Origin: Mitosporidium daphniae
Lineage: Eukaryota
Reading direction: 5' to 3'
DNA: 64,000 nt
Assembly: GCF_000760515.2 (NCBI RefSeq)
Contig: NW_013546511.1
Span: 1-64,000, forward strand
The stretch's first letter is position 1; every line of letters begins with the position of its first letter. Position numbers and translations under genes: made by a program. Below are positions 36,551-48,368 of this stretch, in pieces. The notes beneath the pieces were generated by a model that was given only the letters and a program-made list of their open reading frames with translations, searched no databases and was not told where the DNA came from.

Positions 36551-37000
36551 TCAATCGCGGACCACTTTGCCCCATCCGCCGCGGCCGGGGTCGTAGTCTT
36601 CTCTGTATTCGTCCCGCACCTGACCTCCGCTCTTTCCGCGGCCATACTGGCGCGACTCGCGGAAGCCCGGATCCAAGTCTGCGCGGATGACTCGCTCGTC
36701 GACCATGGAGCCATTTATGTACTTGACGCAAGCAAGGGCGCTCTTGTGGAGCCAATACTCGACAAAGCAGAATCCGCACGGGGTCTTGGTGACCCGATCC
36801 AACCCCATGATGATGCGCTTGATTTTGCCGGCCTTGGAGAAAACCTCGTAGATTTGTTCCTCTGTGGTGTAAAAGGAGAGGTTTCCCACATAAATTGTGG
36901 CTGTTTTTTTCATCAGGCTGTGATACTCGTCATCGGTACCCTGGAAGTACCTGTCCTTGTACTTGGAATGTGTGCACAGTGTGGGCACAAACCTAAGCAT
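36551..37000 (-). CDS. CBC2: Nuclear cap-binding complex small subunit CBP20
   Basis: [57 protein letters not shown]. Confidence 0.97.
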   Translation of the reverse strand: MLRFVPTLCTHSKYKDRYFQGTDDEYHSLMKKTATIYVGNLSFYTTEEQIYEVFSKAGKIKRIIMGLDRVTKTPCGFCFVEYWLHKSALACVKYINGSMVDERVIRADLDPGFRESRQYGRGKSGGQVRDEYREDYDPGRGGWGKVVRD

Positions 37001-37143
37001 CGGGACAAATTAAAATTAAAACCAATTAAATTTCCACTCGTTTTGGGCGAGCAATTCGGCTCGCTTTGGATAAGCAATGGCGATTTATCTATAAAATGGG
37101 GAACACATGTGCTCGCAATTAGCGGTCACACGGACAAGCATTG

Positions 37144-37713
37144 CTATACCAGCTCCGTGGCAGCGGCGGCTGTTCCAAGCACATGGGCCGAGGGGCTATC
37201 CCTAAAAATTACCATCGAATTATGAGAACGCTTTCCCCTCTTTCTTTATCAAGGAAATGGCGTTGAGAAATGCAGATATTACAAGAAGACCGCCTGGAAT
37301 GAGAAGAAAAGTGATGGCAGTCGCAATTGAGGACAAAATAGCGCAAGAAAATCTACAAAAAAACATCATCCGCCGCTACATTGCATAGGCTATTGATCGA
37401 TAAAGCTGGCTTTTCATGGCCGAAAAGAAGCGGGCAGGAAGCGAACCATCTTTGAAAATACGGCCAAAAACCGGAAATTCCATGATAAAAACGACAACCG
37501 AAACGCACCTATTGAAAAGTGATCATTTTGCAGCATTACCATGAAACTATGCAGTAGATGGGGATGTAAGCAATCAGCAGAAACGGAATGCCGATCAGGC
37601 CGAAAAGCGATGTTCTGGAAAACCTAGCGATGGGAGGTACAAGCATACCACTGGGCTAGCTGTTTGTATCGAGTTTGGGAGTATGCAATATTTTTTCCAA
37701 AGTTGATGGGCAT
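37144..37713 (-). CDS. TVP18: Golgi membrane protein Tvp18/Flower-like (5 exons, absent from ORF track)
   Basis: Manual splicing of four 25-31 nt introns gives MPINF..LAQWF..VVFIMEFPVF..LYRSIAYAIF..VLGTAAAATELV*, a multi-TM protein. Confidence 0.65.
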
Positions 37714-37959
37714 CGCGGTAAAAATTGAAATCAGAAATGGTTGTGTTCCACTTTGATCACTTTGCCTGATCGGATCAACAATTTCGTAAATTTTAACTCT
37801 TCCGCGTCAGTAACTCCAATTTGATTTAGCGTGCCTCAAACCCCGTACATTAGGGTTTCAAATGGGATGACATTTAGGGTGCATGTGCACTGCACCTCCA
37901 GCCTTTGCAATGTGGGATTCAACAACAAGTTGCCCGGTTTTGTACACAAGTTTGAAATT

Positions 37960-38918
37960 TTATTGCTGTAGCTCTTTGATCAGTTGGATGGTATGTTGCG
38001 GCGAAGCTACGGCGTGTCCAATAACGGAGGGATGGTGGTAAATCTCGTAATCGTTGCCGCCCTACCGATTGGATTAGCATGGGTTTCGTGTATACCTGGG
38101 ATGTTTTGTCGCCAAAGAAATGGATTTCCTTGAATCCCTCCTTTTCCAGATGCTTCAGACAAAAGGTCTTATCCCAGCCCTTGGGAAAGATATCGATCGA
38201 AATTTGGCCGCCAATCGAATATTTGAGGTTGTATTGGGGAAAGGTAGCCTCCAGCTTTTCAATCAATGCTTTCCTGATGGATGTTTTCTATTCCATAAAT
38301 GGGGCCTGATAACCTTGTCCAGGGCCTCAAACTCAAGCCGTTCCTCGTAGCTAAAAGCTCAGTTTGTAAGGATTTTTACCTGCAGTTTCTTCCTATTGGC
38401 GAGACGTTGATCATTCCGTTTCGAAACTCGATAAATGTTCCCCTTTGGTAAAGATTTGACAGCAGCTCTGTTACCTCTTCTTTGGAAGGTCAATATCGGC
38501 AATTTCTCTTAACAGGAAATTTACCAGCTTTTTGTACTTGTCTTCGCCAAGATACGCAATGAAGCTCTGTTGTAACAGTAAGGGGTCCGGTGTGACTTAC
38601 GCCCTGGTATATCAGCTCGCCCTTTTTATAGGCCTTTAGCCCATTTTCGGAAAAAGAGTAATCAAAAAGCGAAAGTGCTATGGCATCAACAAACCAATAC
38701 GTAACCTTCGCCTCGAAGCTGTTCTTGCTGCTTATCCATATCGGATCCCCCGACAAACCCGATTGCAGCGGTCTTTTTTAGATCCTTAAGCGCCGTGAGC
38801 ATGGCCTCATCAATGGGCTATCAATAACCGCATGGCCTAGTGGTACCTTCCTCGCCAGTGTCAATGTACCATCGACGTCGAAAAGAAACAATCGTTTGTT
38901 GCCATCAGAAAACGTCAT
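37960..38918 (-). CDS. SEC53: Phosphomannomutase, multi-exon
   Basis: [72 protein letters not shown]. Confidence 0.96.
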
Positions 38919-39041
38919 CGTCAACGTGTGGGGATCGTGATGATACTGGGCTCAAAAATAAAGTTGCAACCCCCCCCATCATGATTAAATGTGTGTTGAT
39001 GATCAACTGATAGCATATTTTTATTAAATAGCATTTTACTT

Positions 39042-39663
39042 TTAAAGATCATTGCTGTGGATGGGGCTTTTCGAAGCCGGTACCATGGAAAGCCTTTGGG
39101 GATCGCGGGACAGAGATCTGCGCATATCTAGAACGGTAAGAGTTGCGAAAATGCCCACCATAGGCGTTTTCGGGGCCTTTAGTGGGGCCTCCCGAATAAT
39201 AGTCCAAAATTGTCCGGTACACCACGTAGTCTCTTTTTTTGTACATGGAAACGGCGAGCACATTTGAAGGTCTGACGAATAGATCGACAAAATAGGCATT
39301 CTTCCTGTCCGACACCTCCTCCAGTAACTGCATGAGCCTTTCAGCAACCCCTAGTCTTCTAAACAGAGGAGACACGGTGAGGGCTGTCACATGCCCATGG
39401 AACTGGTCGCCTTCTCCGTCAACATTCCCCATCACTACGAAAATGGCAACAGCAAGCCTTACCATATCCCATGGGAATGCCAGAAGGCGATTCAATTAGT
39501 ATGTTAAGCTCTGGCCATCTAGCCAAGTAATAAAGATACATCTCTACTTGATACTACATATTCTCAAAAGCTATTTCCTTACGTTTTCGGTAAAGCTGTC
39601 AAGGTTGATATTGGAAATGCGAAAAAGATCCGTGGCCTTAAATGGCCTATAAATGGATGCCAT
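39042..39663 (-). CDS. NAT3: NatB N-acetyltransferase catalytic subunit
   Basis: NINLDSFTENY, YLARWPE, HGHVTALTVSP.FRRLG, YFVDLFVRPSN, ENAYDMRR. Confidence 0.95.
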
Positions 39664-39699
39664 TGGTTTAAATAAAAAAGGTTAAAATTTACCATTCCC

Positions 39700-40476
39700 A
39701 TGGCCGCGTTTTGGTCCTCGCCTTCGCCTTCGCCCTCTGCGCATTACCAATTTGCAAGCATCTCATTTTTGCTGGGAATTGTGTTCGGCGCATCCGTGGC
39801 ATGCACCTTGATGTGTAGCTGTTTCAGACTAACCGCCCACATTGGATTTCTGTCTTTATTCCACTTTTTAGAGGCATTTCTTCTTTTATTTGTACACAGG
39901 AGACAGTCTCAACATGCACATCTTACCATTGAAAGTAGGCAATTTGTGCATCTCACCTTTAGGATAGACTTTTTGCTGTTTGATAACATTTGGTATTGGG
40001 TGGCTATTTTGACCGGCCTTGTTGAGCATCTGTGTTCGTACCACCGTGCCCGTTCGTCGCTATCGTTTGCACTCGGACTTTTGATTACGTCGTTTGGAGA
40101 ATTTCTTCGTGGATGGTCAATTCTTGAGGCTGGGGTGCAGTTTTCTCATGAAATAATCAACATCATGGACATCAAAAATGCGGACTCTAGCCATAGGAAG
40201 CTTGTTACTCATGGTCCCTATCGGTAACTTTACTCGTACATCTTCAGCCTTATTAGACATCCCTCGTATACCGGGTTCCTTCTGTGGGCACTTGGGCAGC
40301 AATTGATTCTCTCCAACATCATAACGCTGTTCCTTCATTTTGTCATATTGTGCAAGTTTTTCCACGACAGGATTAAATACGAAGAGACCCAATTGGTTAT
40401 GGAATTTGGCGATCAATATAGAAAATATCAATCGAAAACGGTGTCTGGGATTCCGTTTGTCATCAATAAATTTTAA
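39700..40476 (+). CDS. STE14: Isoprenylcysteine carboxyl methyltransferase
   Basis: FHFLE, FSHEI, HRKLVTHGPY, RHPSYTGF, RIKYEE, SGIPF. Confidence 0.92.
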
Positions 40477-40572
40477 TTCGGCAACACATTTACTGATGTA
40501 TGAAATAAATAAAAGCTTTCACAAGTGCGGCATCAATTTGATTGAATGGTTGGCTGATCGGTCCGGTCTTTA

Positions 40573-41160
40573 CTATTCCTTCAATGGCTCGTATTCATAA
40601 ACGGTGCTTGAAAACTCCACGGCTGACGGGAGATGGTGTTGTATGTACCATAAATACTTTTGGTGAAGTGAGGGATGTGCATTGTATACTCTAACAAGCC
40701 TTTTGTAAGTCCTGCGCTCATATTGCTTGAAGGAGGTTTTGTCGACAAATGGGCTTCTAAGAATGGACCATTTCCTCACATCATATCTCAGGGCCAATGG
40801 GCCCGAGGATCCAAAGCTCATCAGGCATGCTACACGATGGCAAAATTCCGCATAATTTACAAGAGCAGATTTATCTGAAGATGTAAGTTGCACGTCAATG
40901 GATCTAGTGCAAGTGGAAGAATCCTTGCTTTTGCGTGTGAATATATCTCGAATCGACCCCACATCTAAGCCTGTTGAGGCGGCATTTTTATCGGCTGCAA
41001 CAGCAGCAAGCGCTTTTTTCTTTTCGAAAATCTCAATCATCCCATTGATGGTTTCATTTGATATGCCAGTGGCGCGTGCATCGGTAAACACCCTTTTTGC
41101 CGTGACAATGAGACTATTCATTTCATTAATTTTAAAATTAAAATTTGGGCGAAATAACAT
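40573..41160 (-). CDS. RSM10: Mitochondrial ribosomal protein uS10m
   Basis: GPLAL..WSILRSPFVDKTSFKQYERRTYKRLV; N-terminal extension. Confidence 0.85.
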   Translation of the reverse strand: MLFRPNFNFKINEMNSLIVTAKRVFTDARATGISNETINGMIEIFEKKKALAAVAADKNAASTGLDVGSIRDIFTRKSKDSSTCTRSIDVQLTSSDKSALVNYAEFCHRVACLMSFGSSGPLALRYDVRKWSILRSPFVDKTSFKQYERRTYKRLVRVYNAHPSLHQKYLWYIQHHLPSAVEFSSTVYEYEPLKE

Positions 41161-41255
41161 TCCATGCTGCTACTTTATCAATGTGCCAGATTTTAGGATT
41201 ATTATTGCAATAATCTTCAATCTTATCAGACGTACAAACAAATTAAATTTGTACA

Positions 41256-42556
41256 ATGATCCTAGAGGATCCCGCTCTTCTCCTTGACGATCGGCTATCC
41301 CAACTTGTCATTGACCAGTCATTTCCGATTCCCATTTCAAGTCGAAAATTTCTTGAAAACGCAAGCGTTGCTGCAAGAAGACGGACCAGGCAGTATGTGT
41401 TCTCGCAATACTCAAAAAAGATGTCCATTTTGCCCGTGAAAGAGATTATCCGAGAGATTTCTTCATCTTCTTCTTGTTCCTCCGATGGATTGTCAAAATA
41501 TGTTCGCTCCATCTCACAGATGCTTCAGCGGGACATTGACCTAGCCTCCCCAATCATTCAAAGGTACGAGTTTGTTGTTTCTTCTATTTATAGACATACT
41601 GAGAGGTATCTCTCGATTTTTATGGGCTCCTCTATGGTTGAGTTGGACATTACCAGCAGATATAGACAAAAAGTTATCTGGAAAAGCCACAATTCTCACA
41701 AAGGAGAAGAAAATCAACAAATCAACAGCAATATCCAGCCTCCGGAACATGAAAAGCTTTCTTGTGCAATCAAAAAAACTAAAGCCTGTCATGATGACCC
41801 GGAAAACTTTACGGAGCTGTGTGTAAATGCACTATGTACGTTCTCCACAGGAGAAATGATCAACAATATAACGGGATTTCTACATGAAGTTTCTATTGAT
41901 GACTTGGCCCAACTTGAGGCTTGCAATAGCAATTTTTCGGTGTTAGAAACCATATCCAATAGGGAAAGGTTTCATGTCCTTCTTGGACCTGCCAGGTTCA
42001 TCAATCATGACTGCAATCCCAATGTAAAGGTACGCGGCAAGCACACCAGTCTTTTTGATTAGTTTGTAAAAAAAGGACATGAAATTTCAGTACAGGCCAT
42101 TCGTCCCATAAAGCTAGGAGAAGAGATTTTGGTCTCTTACGGGATATCCTATTTTGAGACAAACAATTCTGGCTGTCTTTGCAGAACATGTGAAAGGTAC
42201 CTTGAGACACAATTTTTTTTAGAAATGGAAAATTTCAGTTTGCCACAAATAACTGTGTTGCCAAGGAAAATGGGCATATTTATAAGGAGAATCTAGAGTA
42301 CCTTCTTCGGCCCCGGCGTCTTAGAGCAGACATATTCAGCGACCCGATTCCGGTTCAACAATCGGGCCATTCGACCGATGCAATAGGCTGTCCCTGGAGA
42401 TCCGCCTCCTTTCCAAGCACAAAGTCAAAATCGAAGCTGTGCGAAACATGCAAAATTCGATTCTCCGACTATGGCAGGTATTTAATTTGCGAGCGTTGTA
42501 ATCGGCATTGGCAGACCTATGGGTGCTATTGGCCGCTAAAATTTTCTAAAAATTAA
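41256..42556 (+). CDS. SET9: Histone H4K20 methyltransferase Set9/KMT5
   Basis: DD.LS.LVID, NFSV, LGPARFINHDCNPN, GEEILVSYG.SYF..CLCRTCE, CERCNRH..YG.YWP. Confidence 0.88.
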
Positions 42557-42581
42557 ATATCATGAAACCCCAATTCACGTC

Positions 42582-44702
42582 ATGACTCCGGCAACTTTGG
42601 TTAATTGCGAATTTGATATTGCACTTTTCCATTTTCAAGTGATGAAGTCTTCTACCGCTGCACTGTCATCAAACTGCGCCCCCTCGCTGCTTAGTGCGGA
42701 TGGGTCTTTGGATTCCCTCTGCATCGCAACCATCCGCTCGCTCGCAATTGACATGGTTGAGGCTGCCTCCAGCGGACATCCAGGCGCCCCGATTGGGCTG
42801 GCCCCCTTGGCCCACGTGCTTTTTTCTCAGCATTTCAGGAGCGTTGGAACGGACCATTTGTGGATGGGAAGAGATCGATTTGTTCTATCAAACGGCCATG
42901 CATGTGCTCTGCAATATGCAATGCTTTTTCTGCTTGGGTTTCCATTGTCGCTCGATGATTTAAAGTCATTTCGGCAGTTGAACTCAAAAACACCTGGCCA
43001 TCCAGAATGCCATTTTACACCAGGCGTTGAGGTGACAACTGGTCCCTTGGGCCAAGGTCTTGCCAATGCAGTTGGGTTGGCCGTTGCGGAGGCCCATTTG
43101 GCCGCTACCTTTAACAAGCCCGGCTTTACAATATTCAATAATTCGACCTTTTGTATTGTCGGAGATGGCTGCATGCAGGAGGGAGTTTCTGCGGAGGCCT
43201 TTTCTCTTGCCGGGCACTTGAACCTATCGCGCCTTATTGTGATCTACGATGACAATGGAATCCAAATTGACGGTTCTACTGACCTGGCCTTTTCGGAGGA
43301 TGTTGACTCCAGAATGAAGTCATACGGATTTAAAGTTTTTGTTGTCGAAAATGGAAACACCGATTTGGTTGCAATATCAAACGCAATTTCTGCTGCTAAA
43401 GCAAATACCTGCTCCCCGTCCTTCATTAGGATAAAGACCATGATTGGCGTAGGGTCGGCTCATCAAGGGACCGAAAAGGTCCATGGATCGCCATTGGGAG
43501 CGTCCGATGCTGCTGCCTGCAAAAAGCTATATTTTGGCAAAAGCCATCCCGCTTGGTATGTTCCTGGAGAGGTCAAGTCCTTTTATGCGGAGGTTCTAGA
43601 GCGAAATAATAAGCTTAAAGAGGAATGGACAAATTCTTTTGAGGCATATTGCATCAATTACCCATTGCTGGCTTTAGAGCTGGAAAATCGCCTTTCTGGA
43701 AAGCTTTCACTGAAGATATCTGATTTCCCGTCTTACAAATCGACGGATCCCTCGATGGCCACAAGAAAGCTATCTGAAACTTTACTAAGCTCCATTGCAG
43801 ATAAGCTTTCCTCCTTGGTTGGTGGATCTGCCGATCTTACTGCCTCCAATCTAACGCGCTGGAAGTCTGCAGTTGATTTTTCTCAGTTCCATCCAGAAGG
43901 CCGCTACATTAGATTTGGTGTGCGCGAGCATGCGATGGCTGCCGTTTGCAATGGGTTGGCCGCTTATGGTCATAAAAAGGAAACGAATGGCTCGCTATTG
44001 ATTCCCTTTGCAGCGACATTTTTGAATTTCATCACCTATGCTTGGGGGGCTGTCCGTCTTTCTGCGCTTTCGCATCATCAAGTGTTATACATTATGACAC
44101 ACGATTCCATCGGACTTGGAGAAGATGGCCCCACGCATCAGCCGATTGAAGCGCTTGCCGCTCTTAGGGCATTGCCAAACATGTTGACTTTCCGCCCAGC
44201 CGATGGAAATGAGGTCTCCGGCGCCTACTTTGCCGCGCTCTCCTACAATTCCGGCCCCTCTGTGTTGTGCCTTTCTCGACAAAATCTGCCCCAACTGGAG
44301 GGATCTTCGATCGAAAAGGTGTCTCTTGGCGCTTATTCTGTTTGGGAATCGTCTTCGCCTTCGAGCTCGGCTCCGCGTGTGATTTTGGTGGGAACTGGCT
44401 CTGAGGTTTCTGTTCTTGTTGACGCGGCCAAAGCGATGCAAGATAAATGCCGTCTTAGCGTGATTTCAATGCCCTGCATGGAATTGTTCGAACTTCAGCC
44501 TGCTTCGTACAAAAAGTCGATTTTCCCCGAGGGAATTCCGGTAATCTCGATGGAGGCATCCTGCACTTTTGGATGGTCCAAATATGCAACCATTTCAATT
44601 GGAATTGATACCTTTGGCGCATCAGGGCCGGCCCCCAAACTATTTTCACACTTTGGCCTTACTGCAGATGCCGTAATTAAGGCCATTCAGTCGGTCATTT
44701 AA
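42582..44702 (+). CDS. TKL1: Transketolase (start may be ATG 42642)
   Basis: SGHPGAP, DRFVLSNGH, TPGHPE, GDGCMQEG, GVREHAM, THDSIGLGEDGPTHQPIE. Confidence 0.98.
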   Translation: MTPATLVNCEFDIALFHFQVMKSSTAALSSNCAPSLLSADGSLDSLCIATIRSLAIDMVEAASSGHPGAPIGLAPLAHVLFSQHFRSVGTDHLWMGRDRFVLSNGHACALQYAMLFLLGFPLSLDDLKSFRQLNSKTPGHPECHFTPGVEVTTGPLGQGLANAVGLAVAEAHLAATFNKPGFTIFNNSTFCIVGDGCMQEGVSAEAFSLAGHLNLSRLIVIYDDNGIQIDGSTDLAFSEDVDSRMKSYGFKVFVVENGNTDLVAISNAISAAKANTCSPSFIRIKTMIGVGSAHQGTEKVHGSPLGASDAAACKKLYFGKSHPAWYVPGEVKSFYAEVLERNNKLKEEWTNSFEAYCINYPLLALELENRLSGKLSLKISDFPSYKSTDPSMATRKLSETLLSSIADKLSSLVGGSADLTASNLTRWKSAVDFSQFHPEGRYIRFGVREHAMAAVCNGLAAYGHKKETNGSLLIPFAATFLNFITYAWGAVRLSALSHHQVLYIMTHDSIGLGEDGPTHQPIEALAALRALPNMLTFRPADGNEVSGAYFAALSYNSGPSVLCLSRQNLPQLEGSSIEKVSLGAYSVWESSSPSSSAPRVILVGTGSEVSVLVDAAKAMQDKCRLSVISMPCMELFELQPASYKKSIFPEGIPVISMEASCTFGWSKYATISIGIDTFGASGPAPKLFSHFGLTADAVIKAIQSVI

Positions 44703-44777
44703 AAATAAAGCATACGGTTGGGGTTAGTTTATTCGTTGCGGTGCAGCATGATTCCTAAATGGAGCTTTCCGCTGCAA

Positions 44778-46118
44778 TTACGCTTGAATGTTAGAAGGAT
44801 AGCCGGCATATCTGCACTTTGATCCAAGCTCTTGCTCGATGCGCAAAAGCTGATTGTACTTTTCGGTACGCTCCGAGCGGCATGGCGCACCAGATTTAAT
44901 CTGGCTAGCATTAAGACCAACAGCAAGGTCGGCAATGAAGGTATCACAGGTTTCCCCGGAACGATGGGAGACCATCAATCCCCAGCCAAATTTCTTGACA
45001 AGCATAGCGGCATCAATGGCTTCCGTGACAGAGCCGATTTGATTGACTTTCAAAAGAAGAGCAGAGCACGCATGCTTCTCGACAGCCTCGTTGATACGTT
45101 CCGAATTGGTCACGGTGAGATCGTCACCAACGATTTGGATCGAAGAAAGCGATTTGGTCAGCATGCACCAGCCCTCCCAATCATCTTGTTCGAATGGATC
45201 TTCAATTGAAATGAGATTGGGAAACTGCTTTTTGAGCGACATATATTCGTCGGCCAATCCGGCTGCGGAGAGGCGGCGGTGAGACTCCAAGGCCATGTTG
45301 GGTTTTTTAATATCCAAATCGTAAACGCGAGGACGGCCATCTTCCATGATGCAGAACTCGGAGGCCGCAACATCCATGGCAAGGTGGATCTTTCCAGAAT
45401 ATCCAGACGCATCAATGGCCTCTGTGATAACGGAAAGCGCTTGAGATGGCGTCTCGAAAAATGTAGGTGCAAAGCCACCTTCATCGCCAACTTGGATTTC
45501 CTGATGGTATTTGTCGTGGAGGATTTTTTTCAAATGGTGGTAAACCTCTGTACCAATTTTCATCGCTTCGGCAAAGGACTTTGCACCGGTTGGCATAATC
45601 ATAAACTCTTGGAATGCAAGGGAGGAGGAGGCATGCGCACCGCCGTTAATGACATTGAAGGATGGCAATGGGATGGTCAGCTGGCTGTTTGCAGAATTTC
45701 CACACAATCTGGAAATGTGCTCATAAAGAGGGACGTTGTTCTCTGCAGCTCCAGCCCTAGCAACGGCCATAGACACGCCAAGAATAGCATTCGCTCCAAG
45801 CTTGGTCTTTTTCGATGTTCCGTCCAGCTGGTTAAGAAAGGCATCAATCTCCTTTTGAGAAGAAACACACAGCTTAGATTGGATTAATGCGGGGGCAATT
45901 ATGGTATTGATATTTTCAATGGCCTTGAGCACACCTTTGCCCATGTAGTCGGACTTGATGTTATCGCGCAGCTCCAAAGCCTCGTGTATGCCCGTGGAGG
46001 CACCAGAAGGTACAGCAGCACGGAAGAGCCCCTTGGATGTGGTCAGATCAACCTCAACGGTAGGATTACCACGAGAATCAAATATTTGTCTAGCTACGAG
46101 CGCACTAACGGAAGACAT
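44778..46118 (-). CDS. ENO1: Enolase
   Basis: [50 protein letters not shown]; first ATG at 46118. Confidence 0.98.
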   Translation of the reverse strand: MSSVSALVARQIFDSRGNPTVEVDLTTSKGLFRAAVPSGASTGIHEALELRDNIKSDYMGKGVLKAIENINTIIAPALIQSKLCVSSQKEIDAFLNQLDGTSKKTKLGANAILGVSMAVARAGAAENNVPLYEHISRLCGNSANSQLTIPLPSFNVINGGAHASSSLAFQEFMIMPTGAKSFAEAMKIGTEVYHHLKKILHDKYHQEIQVGDEGGFAPTFFETPSQALSVITEAIDASGYSGKIHLAMDVAASEFCIMEDGRPRVYDLDIKKPNMALESHRRLSAAGLADEYMSLKKQFPNLISIEDPFEQDDWEGWCMLTKSLSSIQIVGDDLTVTNSERINEAVEKHACSALLLKVNQIGSVTEAIDAAMLVKKFGWGLMVSHRSGETCDTFIADLAVGLNASQIKSGAPCRSERTEKYNQLLRIEQELGSKCRYAGYPSNIQA

Positions 46119-46308
46119 GTGGATGTTTGAAAAATTCACTTTTTACATTCCCGTAATGAGCTTTTTCCGTACGATTTCTAGAACGTTCTCTTTGCACGGC
46201 TTTCAAGTTTAAAAGTTCTGAAACAAGTTTATAAATTTTACAAATGACGTTGATAAGCCCAGCATTCTTGTCTCGTATTACCAATTTGGTTGTCGTTTTG
46301 AGATTTTG

Positions 46309-47182
46309 ATGACACTGATCCAGGAAATCATTAATCGTAGATTATTCGATGAAGACCAAAAATATCGCAGCTCTGTTCTGAAAAACGAATGGATTTCCCG
46401 CCAATCTCGAAACATTCTCGCCTCGCTATTGATAGTATCTTCTTTGCTGCAATTGATGCTAAGTGTAGTGCTTGTGCTTCAAAATGCCGTTTTTTCACTG
46501 TTCATTTTCATTTGCCTACTTATTCCCAGCCTTCAGGCGGTCATTGTGCTGACTTCGCACAGGTCGTCCTCGGTTCTGATTTCAGCGCCGATTTTGAAAA
46601 TCTCCTTGATGGCACATATTCTTGTTGGGATCGTTTATTCTTTATTTATGATTGCTAACATTGAAGGTCTGATCCCTATGGTTCATAGACCTTGGCTGAC
46701 TGGTACCGACGCAGCAAACTTACTGATACAAAAGTACGTTGCTTTCCCAATCTTATCAGATACCTCTGCTTCTCTATGGATGCCACATGAAAAGCTGAAC
46801 TTGTTGCAAAGCATTTCGCTGGATGCGTATCTTTGGGTTAGAGTATCCTTTTTACAGGTGTTGTTTGCGGCTCTGATCGTAATCTCGGTAAGGTTCGTTT
46901 CTAATGTGTTAGTTTTTCATATCAATTGTGGCCTTAGTTTCCCTTTCATACAGAAAAGGCAGCTATTTGGTTTCGTTGAAAGCGTCGGCGACCAATCGCG
47001 TGTCAAAGACATCTGTTTCGCAAAAACCTGCCAATGGCAATTATCGGGGTAAGTCAGTATCCCCACCAGCCGAATCAGCAGCATTCTCGCCTGCCAGAAT
47101 TTATAGCCCCGAACCCAAAAAAATAGCCCCGTATTTTAACAACCAAACGAATCCAAATGTCTATGTGGAGGTGTCCTTGTAA
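46309..47182 (+). CDS. Hypothetical multi-pass membrane protein (exon structure uncertain)
   Basis: 248-aa ORF with about 4 hydrophobic segments plus an overlapping downstream frame. Confidence 0.5.
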
Positions 47183-47531
47183 ACACCAAGTATCTGCAAT
47201 GTACGTAACTTGTCATTGTTTAAATGCAATAAAAGCTCTTCACATACAAAGCCAAGCGTATGTTATCAAGCATTGTTTATTTAGAGACCCTTTTGATGGA
47301 TTGCAGTCGCAATTGAAGCGCTCTGCTGTTTGGCTTCATTTGGCAATCTTTTGTCAAAGCAAAGGATGGCATTTGTCCAGTTCGGCGCAATCGTTTCTCC
47401 GGTGCGAGCGGCAGATTTTTCTGTCACCCGATGTGCGCGAGCTACAGAAGAACCCCTTCAATTTGTTTGCACATCGGATCTGGTGATTGGCTAAAATAAA
47501 ATTTACATTTGAAGCAGTTCAAAATGTCAAT

Positions 47532-48358
47532 ATGGCTGACTTTATGCCAAACATCATCAAGCCATTGTCTACAACGGCAGGCAGAACGGTGTTTGTTAAC
47601 TCGCTAAAAAAGGCACTCACATCTTTACCTCTGCACGAAATTGAGCTCATTTCGCAAGTTAACACAACCCCCATAGATGTATTGCCACGTGCCTCTGTAC
47701 TGGCACCATTATACATTTCTCCTGAAAATGAAAAGGTAGGCCAAAAATGCAGCTAATTGGCTAGTGGATGCTGCTGACCGTACGCACTGAATTTCTTTCT
47801 CACCATCCGGGAGAAGTATGCTTTCCCGGCGGAAAAAGAGAATTTCAGGACGTTTCCGATATAGACACATCGCTACGAGAAGCATCGGAAGAACTGGGTG
47901 TCAACATCGAGGAGCATGTTGATGAAATCATTGGGGTTTTGCCACCAACACTTGCAAAACATGAACTACTAGTGGTGCCTGTATTGGCATTAATGAAGGG
48001 ATATCCTCCTCCTTTCTTTGCGGTCAGCAATTCAGAAGTCGCAAAAACATTCATCGTCCCCTTGGATAAGTTTCTTCAATCCAAATTCCATTCAACATTC
48101 GAGGGTATTATTAAAAGCAAATGGAGCCCACGACCGCACCAACAACATCCCTTTAGGGTTCATACATTTAACATTGAGGACACATGTGGAGAATCGGTGC
48201 CCATAATATGGGGAATGACTGCTCAAATCCTAATTCAAATATCGCAGCTTTTGTATCCAGACCGCAAGTCTGAATTTCAATTTGAGCCTCCGGAGGGACC
48301 CTCGTATTCAGAATTGGCCCAAGCATATTTTAAATTTAAAATAAATTCAGCCAAGTAA
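47532..48358 (+). CDS. PCD1: Nudix CoA diphosphatase (Pcd1/NUDT7)
   Basis: RASVL, LLTVR..HPGEVCFPGGK..REASEELG, IWGMTA. Confidence 0.9.
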
Positions 48359-48368
48359 TTTTTCAAAA

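Noticed and set aside
37849..37880. Two TTAGGG words as an interstitial telomere
   Set aside because: Not tandem; only two dispersed copies
45279..45887. Long antisense ORFs (202 aa opposite enolase; also 60246-60869, 14787-15311, 36746-37225)
   Set aside because: Shadow frames of conserved genes with no recognisable motifs
42582..46118. Transketolase-enolase pair as a bacterial operon or HGT block
   Set aside because: They are convergent rather than co-oriented, and both sequences look eukaryotic; lack of introns alone is insufficient
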